Below, one piece after another: positions 1-9,159 of a DNA stretch of 64,000 nucleotides. A model generated the notes under the pieces. That model ran no database searches, was not told where the DNA came from, and saw only the letters and a list, made by a program, of their open reading frames with translations. Positions within the stretch are counted from its first letter, which is position 1; each line of letters starts with the position of its first letter. The stretch is from an uncultured Candidatus Binatia bacterium (GTDB lineage Bacteria; Desulfobacterota; Binatia; Bin18), in contig OZ241744.1 in the NCBI GenBank assembly GCA_965200965.1, positions 2,368,001 through 2,432,000 on the forward strand, read 5' to 3'. A program made the translations under genes and the position numbers.

Positions 1-517
1 GGAGCAGAGACAGCAGGCTCAGCAGCCCCAGCAGCATGAAGCTGGCCTGCATAGTGTACAGATCTCTGACCACCCCACCCAGCACCGGCCCGCCGGCCAC
101 CCCACCCAGAAACGCGGTATTGATATAGCCGCTGTAGGTGCCCTCTTTGCCCGTGGGGGTCAGGTCGCCGACATAGGCCATGGCGATGGGCTGGACCATT
201 GCCGTGGCTGCTCCCTGGAGGGCCATGACCAGGGTCAGGACAAACAGGCTGTTGGCCAGCACAAAGGCGACCGAGGCCGCGGCATAACAGGCCAGGCCCC
301 ACAGCAGAAACGCTTTCCGGCCGCGGCGGTCGGAGGCCCGGCCAATACACGGCAGCAAAAAGGTACGCGAGGCCGAGTGCGAGCCAAACAGCAGCCCGAT
401 GGTAAAGCCCTCGGCTCCAAACTGCTGGGAGTACAGCGGGATAAACGGCATGACCACGCCGTTACCCAGCATGGTCGCAAAAATGGCCGCGGACACAACG
501 AACAGGCCGCGCGTCAT
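1..517 (-). CDS. MFS transporter (N-terminal part, runs off window edge)
   Basis: Manual translation MTRGLFVVSAAIFATMLGNGVVMPFIPLY...GRASDRRGRKAF shows hydrophobic helices and MFS motif A (GxxSDRxGRK). Confidence 0.85.
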   Translation of the reverse strand, partial: MTRGLFVVSAAIFATMLGNGVVMPFIPLYSQQFGAEGFTIGLLFGSHSASRTFLLPCIGRASDRRGRKAFLLWGLACYAAASVAFVLANSLFVLTLVMALQGAATAMVQPIAMAYVGDLTPTGKEGTYSGYINTAFLGGVAGGPVLGGVVRDLYTMQASFMLLGLLSLLSLL

Positions 518-581
518 GCGTGCCGCCGCCAACGAACAGGGCAGGCCCCTCGGGTGTTGCCGCACGGCCCCGGATACGGCA

Positions 582-1790
582 CTAATACAACACTTTCTCG
601 TCTTGCAGCCGGGCGACCTCTTCCGGCGACAGCCCCAGCAACTCGCAACACACCGACGCGGTATCCTGGCCCAGACACGGTGCCGGGCCATACCGGGGTG
701 CAAAGCCGCTGTATATGCCGGGGATGCCCGAAACCGGATGGCCGCCGGTCTCAGGATGGGGCGGCGAGACCAGAAAGTCGCGGGTTTGAAACTGGGGATC
801 GTTGAGCAGACCCTCGGTATCAAAGACCGGGGTGGCCGCTACCCCGACCTTCTGGAGCTGGTGCATGATGTCGGTATTGGTGCGATCCCGGGTCCAGGCC
901 GTCAGGAGAGCGTCAAGCGCACCTTCGTTGGCTTTGCGGCTTGTTTGATCCCTGAACCGCTCGTCCTGGGTCCACTCAGGATGGCCCACCGCTTCACACA
1001 GGCTGCGCCACTCGTGTTCGGTCTCAACCACAATCGTGACCCAGGCGTCGTCGCCTTTGGCCCGATAGACATTGTGCGGGGCCATGAGCGGGTCGCGGTT
1101 GCCGGTCCGGCCCTGGTCGCGGCGGTTCATGGTGTAGTCCATGACCGCTTCGGGCAGCATTGAGGTCACGACTTCGGCCATAGCCAGATCAATATACTGT
1201 CCTTTGCCGGTCCGTTGGCGGTAGAACAGCGCCGCCTGGACGGCGTAGGACATGGCCACCCCGACCATGTAGTCGGGCCAGGTCCCGCCCAGACTGCTCG
1301 GCGGCCCGTCCTCATAGCCGGTCAGGTGACAGATGCCGGCCGAGGCTTGGGTAATCGGCCCCCAGCCCACACAGTGGCTGTCCGGCCCGTCCTGGCCGAC
1401 CGGCGTTCCCGAAACCATGATAATGTCAGGCTTGAGCCGGCACAGCGCGTCATAGTCCAGGCCCCAGCGTTTCATCACCCCGCCGGTAAAGTTTTCAACA
1501 ACGATATCGCTGTGTGTGATCAGTGCCTTGGCCAGGTCAATGCCGCGCGGATGACGCAGATTGAGGGTGATGCTTTTTTTGCTGTAGTTGAGGCCGTTGA
1601 ACAGCGGTGAGCCGTTGGGTGTCATCCCTTTGCGGGGGTCCTGACCCAGAAAGCGGATCACGTCCGGGCGCTGGCTGGACTCAATCCGAATGACCTCAGC
1701 GCCCATCGCGCCCAGCCAGGCAGTACACTGTGGGGCGGCCAGAATCCAGCCAAAATCGGCAACGCGAATCCCTTCGAGCGGTAGTGCCAT
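582..1790 (-). CDS. CoA-transferase family III (CaiB/BaiF)
   Basis: LPLEGIRVADF, GAEVIRIES, NYSKKSITLNL, DIVVENF and APCLGQDT motifs. Confidence 0.93.
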   Translation of the reverse strand: MALPLEGIRVADFGWILAAPQCTAWLGAMGAEVIRIESSQRPDVIRFLGQDPRKGMTPNGSPLFNGLNYSKKSITLNLRHPRGIDLAKALITHSDIVVENFTGGVMKRWGLDYDALCRLKPDIIMVSGTPVGQDGPDSHCVGWGPITQASAGICHLTGYEDGPPSSLGGTWPDYMVGVAMSYAVQAALFYRQRTGKGQYIDLAMAEVVTSMLPEAVMDYTMNRRDQGRTGNRDPLMAPHNVYRAKGDDAWVTIVVETEHEWRSLCEAVGHPEWTQDERFRDQTSRKANEGALDALLTAWTRDRTNTDIMHQLQKVGVAATPVFDTEGLLNDPQFQTRDFLVSPPHPETGGHPVSGIPGIYSGFAPRYGPAPCLGQDTASVCCELLGLSPEEVARLQDEKVLY

Positions 1791-1837
1791 GCGCTTCCCT
1801 CCTTACTGGCGATGTGTGAACGCTTCCCCGGCCTGGT

Positions 1838-3067
1838 TCAGATCACCCCGTCCCGGTGGAGCTGCTCCAGCCGTTGCGCACTCAAGCCCAGCCCTTGGCC
1901 GTACACCTGGCTGTTGTGCTGGCCGAGTTGGGGCGCGGGGGAGCGGACCTGCCACGGACTGGCCGAAAATTTGAACGGGGCACCGGGACAGGTCAGCGGC
2001 CCGGTTGCCGGGTGGTCAATCTCAACAAAAAACTCACGTTCCCGGAACTGGCTGGACTCAACCACCTCTCGCATGTTGCGCACCGGAAAAACCGGAATGT
2101 GCAGGGCCTGGCCTGCCCGGGCCAACTCATCCCGTTTCTGCCCGGCAATCCAGGCGGCGACCGAAACCTCCAGGGCGTCAAGATGCTGAAAGCGGCTCAT
2201 CAGGGTCGCAAACAACTCGCTGTCGGCCCACTCGGGCCGGCCCATCAGCTCCTTGAGGCTCTCCCAGTGCTGGTCGGTCAGGGCCAACAGCGCAATATGG
2301 CCGTCCTGGCACGGAAAGACATAGGACAGGCCCCACTTGGTCCGCCGCAGAAACCGACTGCGGTTGGGACCGTCGGGCGGCTCGTGGGTATACAGGGCGG
2401 TATTGGGGCGAATCATGTGGGCAACCGCCTCAACCTCAGCGATATCAATGTGCTGCCCGTGGCCGGTCCGCTCGCGGAGAAACACCGCGCTCATGGTGGC
2501 CGAGGCCGCGGTCCAGCCGCTCAGCAGGTCGGCCTGTTGACCGCCGGCTTTGAGCGGCGGTTCGTTTTCGGGATCGGTCACATAGTTGAAAGGCGTCTCA
2601 TAGCCGACCACGCCGGCGTGAAAGGTGTTGAGATTATGCGCTTTATACTGCCGGTAGGGGCCGGTTTGTCCAAACGGGGAGATTGAGGTCATAACCAGCT
2701 GGGGCGCAAGCTGGTGGAGGCTCGCATAGCCCAGCCCCAGGCTGTCCAGAAAACCGGGGGTCCGGGTTTCGACCAGGATGTCGGCGTCTTTGACCAGGTC
2801 CCGAAACAGGGCTGTTCCCTGCGGCTGGGTGATGTCCAGCGTCACCCCGGTTTTATTGGTGTTCAGGTACAGAAACAGGGCGCTGCGGTCGGGGTGCGGC
2901 TCGTCACCGGGAAACGGGCCACGCGTGCGGGTGACATCGCCGCTGCCCGGCTTTTCAATTTTGATCACCTCCGCCCCGAGGTCGGCCATGACTTTTGTAC
3001 AGAACGGTCCTGTCACCCGTTCGCTCAATTCAACGATCTTCAGACCAGCCAGGGCACCATCAGGCAT
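1838..3067 (-). CDS. CoA-transferase family III (CaiB/BaiF), second paralog/subunit
   Basis: ALAGLKIVEL, LGAEVIKIEKP, LNTNKTGVTLD and APQLGQHN motifs. Confidence 0.93.
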   Translation of the reverse strand: MPDGALAGLKIVELSERVTGPFCTKVMADLGAEVIKIEKPGSGDVTRTRGPFPGDEPHPDRSALFLYLNTNKTGVTLDITQPQGTALFRDLVKDADILVETRTPGFLDSLGLGYASLHQLAPQLVMTSISPFGQTGPYRQYKAHNLNTFHAGVVGYETPFNYVTDPENEPPLKAGGQQADLLSGWTAASATMSAVFLRERTGHGQHIDIAEVEAVAHMIRPNTALYTHEPPDGPNRSRFLRRTKWGLSYVFPCQDGHIALLALTDQHWESLKELMGRPEWADSELFATLMSRFQHLDALEVSVAAWIAGQKRDELARAGQALHIPVFPVRNMREVVESSQFREREFFVEIDHPATGPLTCPGAPFKFSASPWQVRSPAPQLGQHNSQVYGQGLGLSAQRLEQLHRDGVI

Positions 3068-3196
3068 AGTGTTCCTCCCACATGAAAACGGCCGATACGG
3101 GGGCCAGCCTACCGCAAGCCGAGGGGAAAAGAAAGGCGTGGAGCAGCACGCGCATGCCTGGCCTCCTCTGGGGTAGGGTCTTTTGTCCCTTGCAGC

Positions 3197-4600
3197 TCAG
3201 CCGGGTCCGGGAGCCGGAGGAAAGACCCGCCGACAATCGTACACCCGCTCATCAAATACCATGTCCCTGGCTGTCACCGGACGGCTGAAGACCAGCCCCT
3301 CCAGAGATGTGCACCGGCTGAGCGCGACATAGGTCTGACCGTGGGCAAACGCCCCCCGGCCCAGATCAATCAGGACCTTGTCAAAGGTCTGGCCCTGGCT
3401 TTTGTGGATGGTGATCGCCCAGGCCAGGCGGAGCGGATACTGGGTGAAGCTGCCGATTTCCTCTTCTTCAATCCGGTTGGTCTCCTGATTGTAGCGGTAT
3501 CGAATGTTCTGCCAGGTCTCGGGTTCCACCTCGTACTCCGTCCCCCCAATCTCAACCCGGACCGTTGTGTCGCTCAGGCGACTGACCCGTCCGATCGTGC
3601 CGTTGACCCAGCGTCTGTAAGGATCATTCCTGATCAGCATGACCTGGGCCCCGGGTTTGAGCTCCAGCAGCGCTTCGGTCGGAAAGATGGCGTCCTCAAA
3701 CTGACCGCTGCATTCTGCCGGATAGGTATACGATCGCTCGGCGAGACGCTCCAGACAGGCCTGGTTCTTCCGAAACGCGGCCTGGTTGGTGGCAGTCAGG
3801 GTAATACACGACGAGTCCCGGGGCGGCCCGCCGCCCCGCTGCACCCTGGCGTTCAACATGGCTAGCAGTTCGGCGTCCACGTCGTTCTCGCGGATTTTAT
3901 TCAACGCAGAGATGAAAGCCGCGTCGTGTTGGCGGTAGATCGTGGTCAGTTCGACCGAGGAGGGCTGGAGGTCGGCAAAAACCTTGGCGCGAAAGAAGTA
4001 CGGACCGCCGTACTGCTGGTCAAAAAAGGTCTGCATGTCCCGCTCTCTGACAATCGGCGGAAGCTGGAACAGGTCGCCGCACAAAATGACCTGGACCCCG
4101 CCAAACGGGGTGTGCGGGGCATCCCGGTGGAGACGCAGGGCCGTATCAATCCCGTCCATCACATCGGCCCGAACCATGGACACCTCGTCGATAATCAGGG
4201 TTTCCAGTTTCCTGAACAGTTTTGCGCCCCGGCGTTTCCGAAGACTGCCCGGATCGATCAGCGTGGGCGGAAACCGGAAAAAGGAATGGATCGTCTGACC
4301 CCCGACATTGAGGGCGGCCACGCCGGTCGGAGCCAGGACCGCGGTGGCCCTGGTGCTTGTCTCGCGCACATAGTGTAACAGGGTCGATTTTCCTGTGCCG
4401 GCCTTGCCGGTCAGAAACAGACACGGACAGTCCCGCTCGATCAGCGCAAGGGCGTGTTGAAACTCGGCGTTGATCTCAATCTGCTCCAGGTCCCGGCTCC
4501 GCTCCCCGATCGTGCGGAAGGCCGACGGGGCGGGGAGTGAAGGTGTCGCCTTCCGGTCGATCTGATGACTCGTTCGCTCCTTGCTGTGCTGCTGCGTCAC
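3197..4600 (-). CDS. PIF1/RecD-like SF1B DNA helicase
   Basis: Walker A GKAGTGKST, LAPTGVAA, IIDEVSMV, GDLFQLPP, AWAITIHKSQGQT and YVALSR motifs. Start uncertain (GTG at 4600 chosen). Confidence 0.9.
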   Translation of the reverse strand: MTQQHSKERTSHQIDRKATPSLPAPSAFRTIGERSRDLEQIEINAEFQHALALIERDCPCLFLTGKAGTGKSTLLHYVRETSTRATAVLAPTGVAALNVGGQTIHSFFRFPPTLIDPGSLRKRRGAKLFRKLETLIIDEVSMVRADVMDGIDTALRLHRDAPHTPFGGVQVILCGDLFQLPPIVRERDMQTFFDQQYGGPYFFRAKVFADLQPSSVELTTIYRQHDAAFISALNKIRENDVDAELLAMLNARVQRGGGPPRDSSCITLTATNQAAFRKNQACLERLAERSYTYPAECSGQFEDAIFPTEALLELKPGAQVMLIRNDPYRRWVNGTIGRVSRLSDTTVRVEIGGTEYEVEPETWQNIRYRYNQETNRIEEEEIGSFTQYPLRLAWAITIHKSQGQTFDKVLIDLGRGAFAHGQTYVALSRCTSLEGLVFSRPVTARDMVFDERVYDCRRVFPPAPGPG

Positions 4601-4746
4601 GGTGGCAAGCACTCCCTTCTGTGTTCCGCCCAGCCTACACCAAAGTGCAGCATCTCTCCAGGAAGCGCCCGGCATTCCCTTTGCGTGGACAGCGCAAGGC
4701 CCCCAGCTCTTGCAGGAATGCCCCAAAGCCGCATACTTCTGGCTGC

Positions 4747-6147
4747 ATGGAAGCCAAGCTGTCCCAGACCTTTGATGTGCTGGTCATCGGCGGTGGTAAT
4801 GCGGGGCTGTGCGCGGCCATGACGGCCGCCCGGAGCGGGGCCACGGTGCTGCTGCTCGAAAGCGCGCCCGAGGCGTTTCGGGGTGGTGACAGTCGCCATA
4901 CGCGCAACCTGCGCTATGCGCACAAGCGGGCCAACGCCTTCCTGACCGGGCCGTATGACGAGGAGGAGTTCTGGGATGATCTGGTGCGGGTCACTGCCGG
5001 CAAGACCAACGAGGGCCTTGCCCGTCTGACCCTGCGTGAGTCGATCGATATCGGCGGCTGGATGGAAGCCCACGGCTGTCGCTTTCAGGCCCCCCTGCGC
5101 GGCACGCTCCATCTGTCAAGAACAAACGCCTTTTTCCTGGGCGGGGGCAAGACGCTGCTGAACGCCTATTATCACACTGCCCAACAGCGCGGGGTACGGA
5201 TCGCCTACCAGACCGAAGTGACCGATCTATGCATGCGGGACGGCCGTTTCTGCTCGGCGCGCATCGGCTCGGGTGCCACCGCACAACAGGTCCATGCCCG
5301 GGCGGTCGTTATCGCCGCCGGCGGATTCCAGGCCAACATCGCCTGGCTCAAAGCGTATTGGGGACCGGCGGCCGACAACTTCATTATCCGCGGCACCCCC
5401 TATAACACCGGCACAATGCTGAGGGTCCTGCTTGACAACGGGACGCAGCCGGTGGGCGACCCGCGCCAGTGTCATGCGGTGGCGATTGACGCCCGAGCAC
5501 CCAGGTTTGACGGCGGCATTGTCACCCGTCTGGACTGCGTGCCATTCGGCATTGTGGTCAACAGCCGGGCCGAACGCTTCTCCGACGAGGGCGAGGATTT
5601 CTGGCCCAGGCGCTACGCCGTGTGGGGCAGAATCGTTGCCCGGCAGCCAGACCAGATCGCCTATGCGATCATTGACGCCAAGGCGCTGGGACACTTCATG
5701 CCGTCCGTTTTCCCGCCCATCGAAGCCGCCTCAATCCGCGGGCTGGCCGGGAAACTCAGCCTGGACCCGGCTACCCTGGAGCAGACGCTCGCCGCGTTCA
5801 ATGCCGCGGTCCAGCCCGGCCGGTTTGATCCGTTGGAACTGGACGCATGCTCGACACGCGGCCTCAGCCCGCCCAAAAGCCACTGGGCGGTGGCGATCGA
5901 CACCCCGCCGTTCTTCGCCTACCCGCTCCGCCCGGGCATTACCTTTACCTACCTGGGGGTGGGCGTGAACGAGCGCGCCCAGATCGTCATGCAGGACGGA
6001 AAACCGGCCGCAAACATGTACGCGGCCGGTGAAGTCATGGCCGGCAATATCCTCGGCCAGGGCTATCTGGCCGGTTTTGGCATGACCATCGGTACAGTCT
6101 TTGGCCGGATTGCCGGCCGGGAGGCGGCCCGCCATGCCCTCGCCTGA
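4747..6147 (+). CDS. tcuA: FAD-dependent tricarballylate dehydrogenase
   Basis: DVLVIGGGNAGLCAA, SRHTRNLR, LHLSRTNAFFLGGGK and GNILGQGYLAGFGMTIG motifs; overlaps tcuB. Confidence 0.92.
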   Translation: MEAKLSQTFDVLVIGGGNAGLCAAMTAARSGATVLLLESAPEAFRGGDSRHTRNLRYAHKRANAFLTGPYDEEEFWDDLVRVTAGKTNEGLARLTLRESIDIGGWMEAHGCRFQAPLRGTLHLSRTNAFFLGGGKTLLNAYYHTAQQRGVRIAYQTEVTDLCMRDGRFCSARIGSGATAQQVHARAVVIAAGGFQANIAWLKAYWGPAADNFIIRGTPYNTGTMLRVLLDNGTQPVGDPRQCHAVAIDARAPRFDGGIVTRLDCVPFGIVVNSRAERFSDEGEDFWPRRYAVWGRIVARQPDQIAYAIIDAKALGHFMPSVFPPIEAASIRGLAGKLSLDPATLEQTLAAFNAAVQPGRFDPLELDACSTRGLSPPKSHWAVAIDTPPFFAYPLRPGITFTYLGVGVNERAQIVMQDGKPAANMYAAGEVMAGNILGQGYLAGFGMTIGTVFGRIAGREAARHALA

Positions 6148-7231
6148 ACTCCTGAGCGAAGCCCGGCGGCTGATGACGATCTGCAATGCGTGTCGCTATT
6201 GCGAAGGGTTTTGCGCGGTCTTTCCGGCTATGGAGTTGCGCCGGACCTTCGCTTCCCAAGACCTGATCTATCTGGCCAACCTGTGCCACAACTGCCGGGG
6301 CTGTTACTACGCCTGCCAGTACGCGCCGCCGCACGAGTTCGGGGTCAATGTGCCCCGGACCTTCTCGGCCTTGCGGCTGGAGAGCTACCGGGACTTTGCC
6401 TGGCCGGCCGGCTTGGCCGGCCTGTTCCGGCGGAACGGCCTGGCCCTCAGCCTCATCACCCTGACCGGCGTCCTCCTCGTCGGCCTGCTGGTCCTGGTCT
6501 GGCAGGACCCCTCGGTCGTCTTCTCTCCCCACACCGGCCCCGGCGCTTTTTATGAGGTCATTCCCTACCGGCTGATGGTGGCCCCGGCCCTGGTCCTGAG
6601 CGGCTGCATCCTGCTGGCCTTCTGTATCGGCCTGGGCCGCTTCTGGCGCGCTATTGGCGGCGGCCGGGCCGACCTGCCAGCCCTGGCCCGGGGCGGCCGG
6701 GACGCCCTGCGGCTGACCTATCTGGGTGGCGGCGGCCACGGCTGCACCTACCCGGACGCGGCTTTCTCGCAGCGCAGAAAATGGTTGCACCACCTCACCT
6801 TCTACGGCTTTCTGCTCGACCTGGCCGCCACCAGCCTGGCCGCCGCCTACCACCACCTGTTGCACTGGCCGGCCCCCTACCCCTATCTGAGCCTGCCGGT
6901 TGTCCTGGGCACGCTTGGCGGGCTGGGTCTGCTGGTCGGACCCGCCGGCCTGCTGTGGCTCAAGTGGCGCAGCGACCCACGGCCCGCGGCTGAGAGCGTG
7001 TCCGGCATGGATGTCAGCTTCCTGGTCCTGCTGTTTCTGACCAGCCTGAGCGGCCTGGCGCTGCTTGCCCTGCGCGAGACCGCGGCAATGGGCAGCCTGC
7101 TGGCGGTCCATCTGGGGATTGTGGCCGGCCTGTTCCTCACCTTTCCGTATGGCAAGTTTGTCCATGCTTTCTATCGCTATGCGGCCCTGGTGCGCTACGC
7201 TCAGGAGCAGGCCGGCACGCCGGCTGACTGA
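6134..7231 (+). CDS. tcuB: Tricarballylate utilization 4Fe-4S membrane protein
   Basis: ICNACRYCEGFCAVFPAM, LANLCHNCRGCYYACQYAPPHEF and PYGKFVH motifs. Confidence 0.93.
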   Translation: MPSPELLSEARRLMTICNACRYCEGFCAVFPAMELRRTFASQDLIYLANLCHNCRGCYYACQYAPPHEFGVNVPRTFSALRLESYRDFAWPAGLAGLFRRNGLALSLITLTGVLLVGLLVLVWQDPSVVFSPHTGPGAFYEVIPYRLMVAPALVLSGCILLAFCIGLGRFWRAIGGGRADLPALARGGRDALRLTYLGGGGHGCTYPDAAFSQRRKWLHHLTFYGFLLDLAATSLAAAYHHLLHWPAPYPYLSLPVVLGTLGGLGLLVGPAGLLWLKWRSDPRPAAESVSGMDVSFLVLLFLTSLSGLALLALRETAAMGSLLAVHLGIVAGLFLTFPYGKFVHAFYRYAALVRYAQEQAGTPAD

Positions 7232-7289
7232 CAGCCGGCTCGACACACCATGCTGATTTCTATACCATCCCCGGCAGAAGAGACCCCCC

Positions 7290-9062
7290 GTGCCAGAAAT
7301 CGAAGCCAAGTTCCTTGTTCAAGACCCCCACCAGACCGGCCGCCTGCTGAGCGTTCTGCAAGAACTGGGCTACAGCGTTGAACTGCACGGGAACGCGACC
7401 ATTGTCGATCGGTATTTTGACACCCCTGACTGGTCGATATTTCGGGCCGGCTGGGGCTGTCGCCTGCGCGACAGCAACGGCGAGCAGACCCTGACGCTGA
7501 AAGGGCTGGGCTTGCGTGAGGGGGCCATTCAGGTCCGCGAAGAAATTGAACAACGGCTGCTCGTCTCCCATACCTTGAGGCATGAACGTGTCATCCGCTC
7601 GACCGGCCGGCGACCCGTTTACGCCTTGTCACAGGCGATCCCCTCCGGCCCGGTCCGCGACCGTCTCGCCGGCCTGGTCGGCAACCAGCAGACCCGGGAG
7701 TTGTTCATCGTCCGCAATCAGCGCAGCCTGTACCGGCTGACCAGCCCGGCCAAAGGGAATCGTGATACCACAGGAGATCGCCAGGAACTCACGCTTCCCC
7801 TTGCTGACCAGCCCGCCGGGGAGAACCCGGCGTCCACATTGATCGAACTCGCCCTTGACCAAGTCCATATCACCGGAGAAAAATACGCCAGGCTGGCCCC
7901 CGGCGCGTTGAGCTTCAGCGAGGTCGAGCTTGAGCTCAAGCACGGCCCCCAGGAACCGCTGCTGCAACTGGCCGAGCTGCTGCCCAGAAAAACCGCGCTC
8001 CTGCCGGCCCGGCTGAACAAGTTTCAGCGTGGCTTGCAAACCACCGGCCTGTCCATCCCGACCGGGCCGGCCCCAGCCCCACGGCAAGGCGTGAACGGGT
8101 CGCCTTCCTCTCGATCGGATGACACATTCACGCCTCTCAGCCCAACAGCCCCCTGGACCCGCCTGGCCTATGCCCATCTGGCCCGCCAGGCCCGGATTCT
8201 CACACTCCAGCAACCGCGCGCCTGGGAGGGTCTGGAGCCCGAGGGCGTCCACCAGATGCGGGTCGCCCTGCGCCATATCCGGGCCGCCCTGCGGGTCTTT
8301 CGGGCGGTATTGCCGCAGCGCGCGATCGCCCGCCTGAACGCCGAGTTTCGCTGGGCGGCGCGGGTGCTGGGCGAGGTCCGCGACCTTGACGTGTACCGCG
8401 AAAACCTCAAGCGCTATATGGCAGCCATTCCGGCCAACGACGCCGCCCACCTGGCCGAGTACGAACGCCACCTGGCCGAGGAGTGGAAGCGCAGCCGACG
8501 GCGGCTGATCGCCACCTTTCAGAGCCGCCGCTATACCCGGCTGATGGACCGCTTTGAAAAGTTTGTCCAGCGCGGCCCCTCGGCCGCGGCCCTGCGTCCG
8601 TCTGCCGTCGTGCGTATCTGCGACGCCGCGGCCCCGGCCGTAGACCGCAACCTCAAACGGCTGCTCAGAGGCGGCCGGGCCGTTGAAGCCCACTCGCCGG
8701 CCGAACTGCTGCACGCCTTGCGCATCCGGGGCAAACGCCTGCGCTATCTGCTGGAGTTTCTGCGCGATGTGTATAAACCGTTCGGCGATCCGCTGAAGAG
8801 ACCCATTGAGGCGACCAGGCAGCTCCAGGACGTGCTCGGCGAGCATCAGGACGCCTGCGTTGCCTCGGCCCGCCTGCGCAGCTATGCCCAGACCGTGCCC
8901 AAGCGCAAAACCGAACGCCACCTGCTGCTGGCTCTCGGCCAGCTCATCTACAGCCAGGATCAACACGCCGCGGCCCAGCACCAGCAGTTTGACAAGGTGT
9001 GGCGACGCTTCGAGAAAGCGGTCTCGCGCAAGCGGCTGGCAGCCCTCCTGCGGGCCGCCTGA
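7290..9062 (+). CDS. CYTH + CHAD domain protein
   Basis: N-terminal EIEAKF, DRYFDT and EVELELK (CYTH); VHQMRVALR, RDLDV, LHALRIRGKRLRY and LQDVLGEHQD (CHAD). Confidence 0.9.
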   Translation: MPEIEAKFLVQDPHQTGRLLSVLQELGYSVELHGNATIVDRYFDTPDWSIFRAGWGCRLRDSNGEQTLTLKGLGLREGAIQVREEIEQRLLVSHTLRHERVIRSTGRRPVYALSQAIPSGPVRDRLAGLVGNQQTRELFIVRNQRSLYRLTSPAKGNRDTTGDRQELTLPLADQPAGENPASTLIELALDQVHITGEKYARLAPGALSFSEVELELKHGPQEPLLQLAELLPRKTALLPARLNKFQRGLQTTGLSIPTGPAPAPRQGVNGSPSSRSDDTFTPLSPTAPWTRLAYAHLARQARILTLQQPRAWEGLEPEGVHQMRVALRHIRAALRVFRAVLPQRAIARLNAEFRWAARVLGEVRDLDVYRENLKRYMAAIPANDAAHLAEYERHLAEEWKRSRRRLIATFQSRRYTRLMDRFEKFVQRGPSAAALRPSAVVRICDAAAPAVDRNLKRLLRGGRAVEAHSPAELLHALRIRGKRLRYLLEFLRDVYKPFGDPLKRPIEATRQLQDVLGEHQDACVASARLRSYAQTVPKRKTERHLLLALGQLIYSQDQHAAAQHQQFDKVWRRFEKAVSRKRLAALLRAA

Positions 9063-9159
9063 AGCGGAGTGGTCTGCCCGGTGATTTACGGGATTGAGGG
9101 GCCGCCTGGATGTTTCCAAGGCGTGAAGGTGTCATCAGAGCGAGAGGAAGGCGGCACGT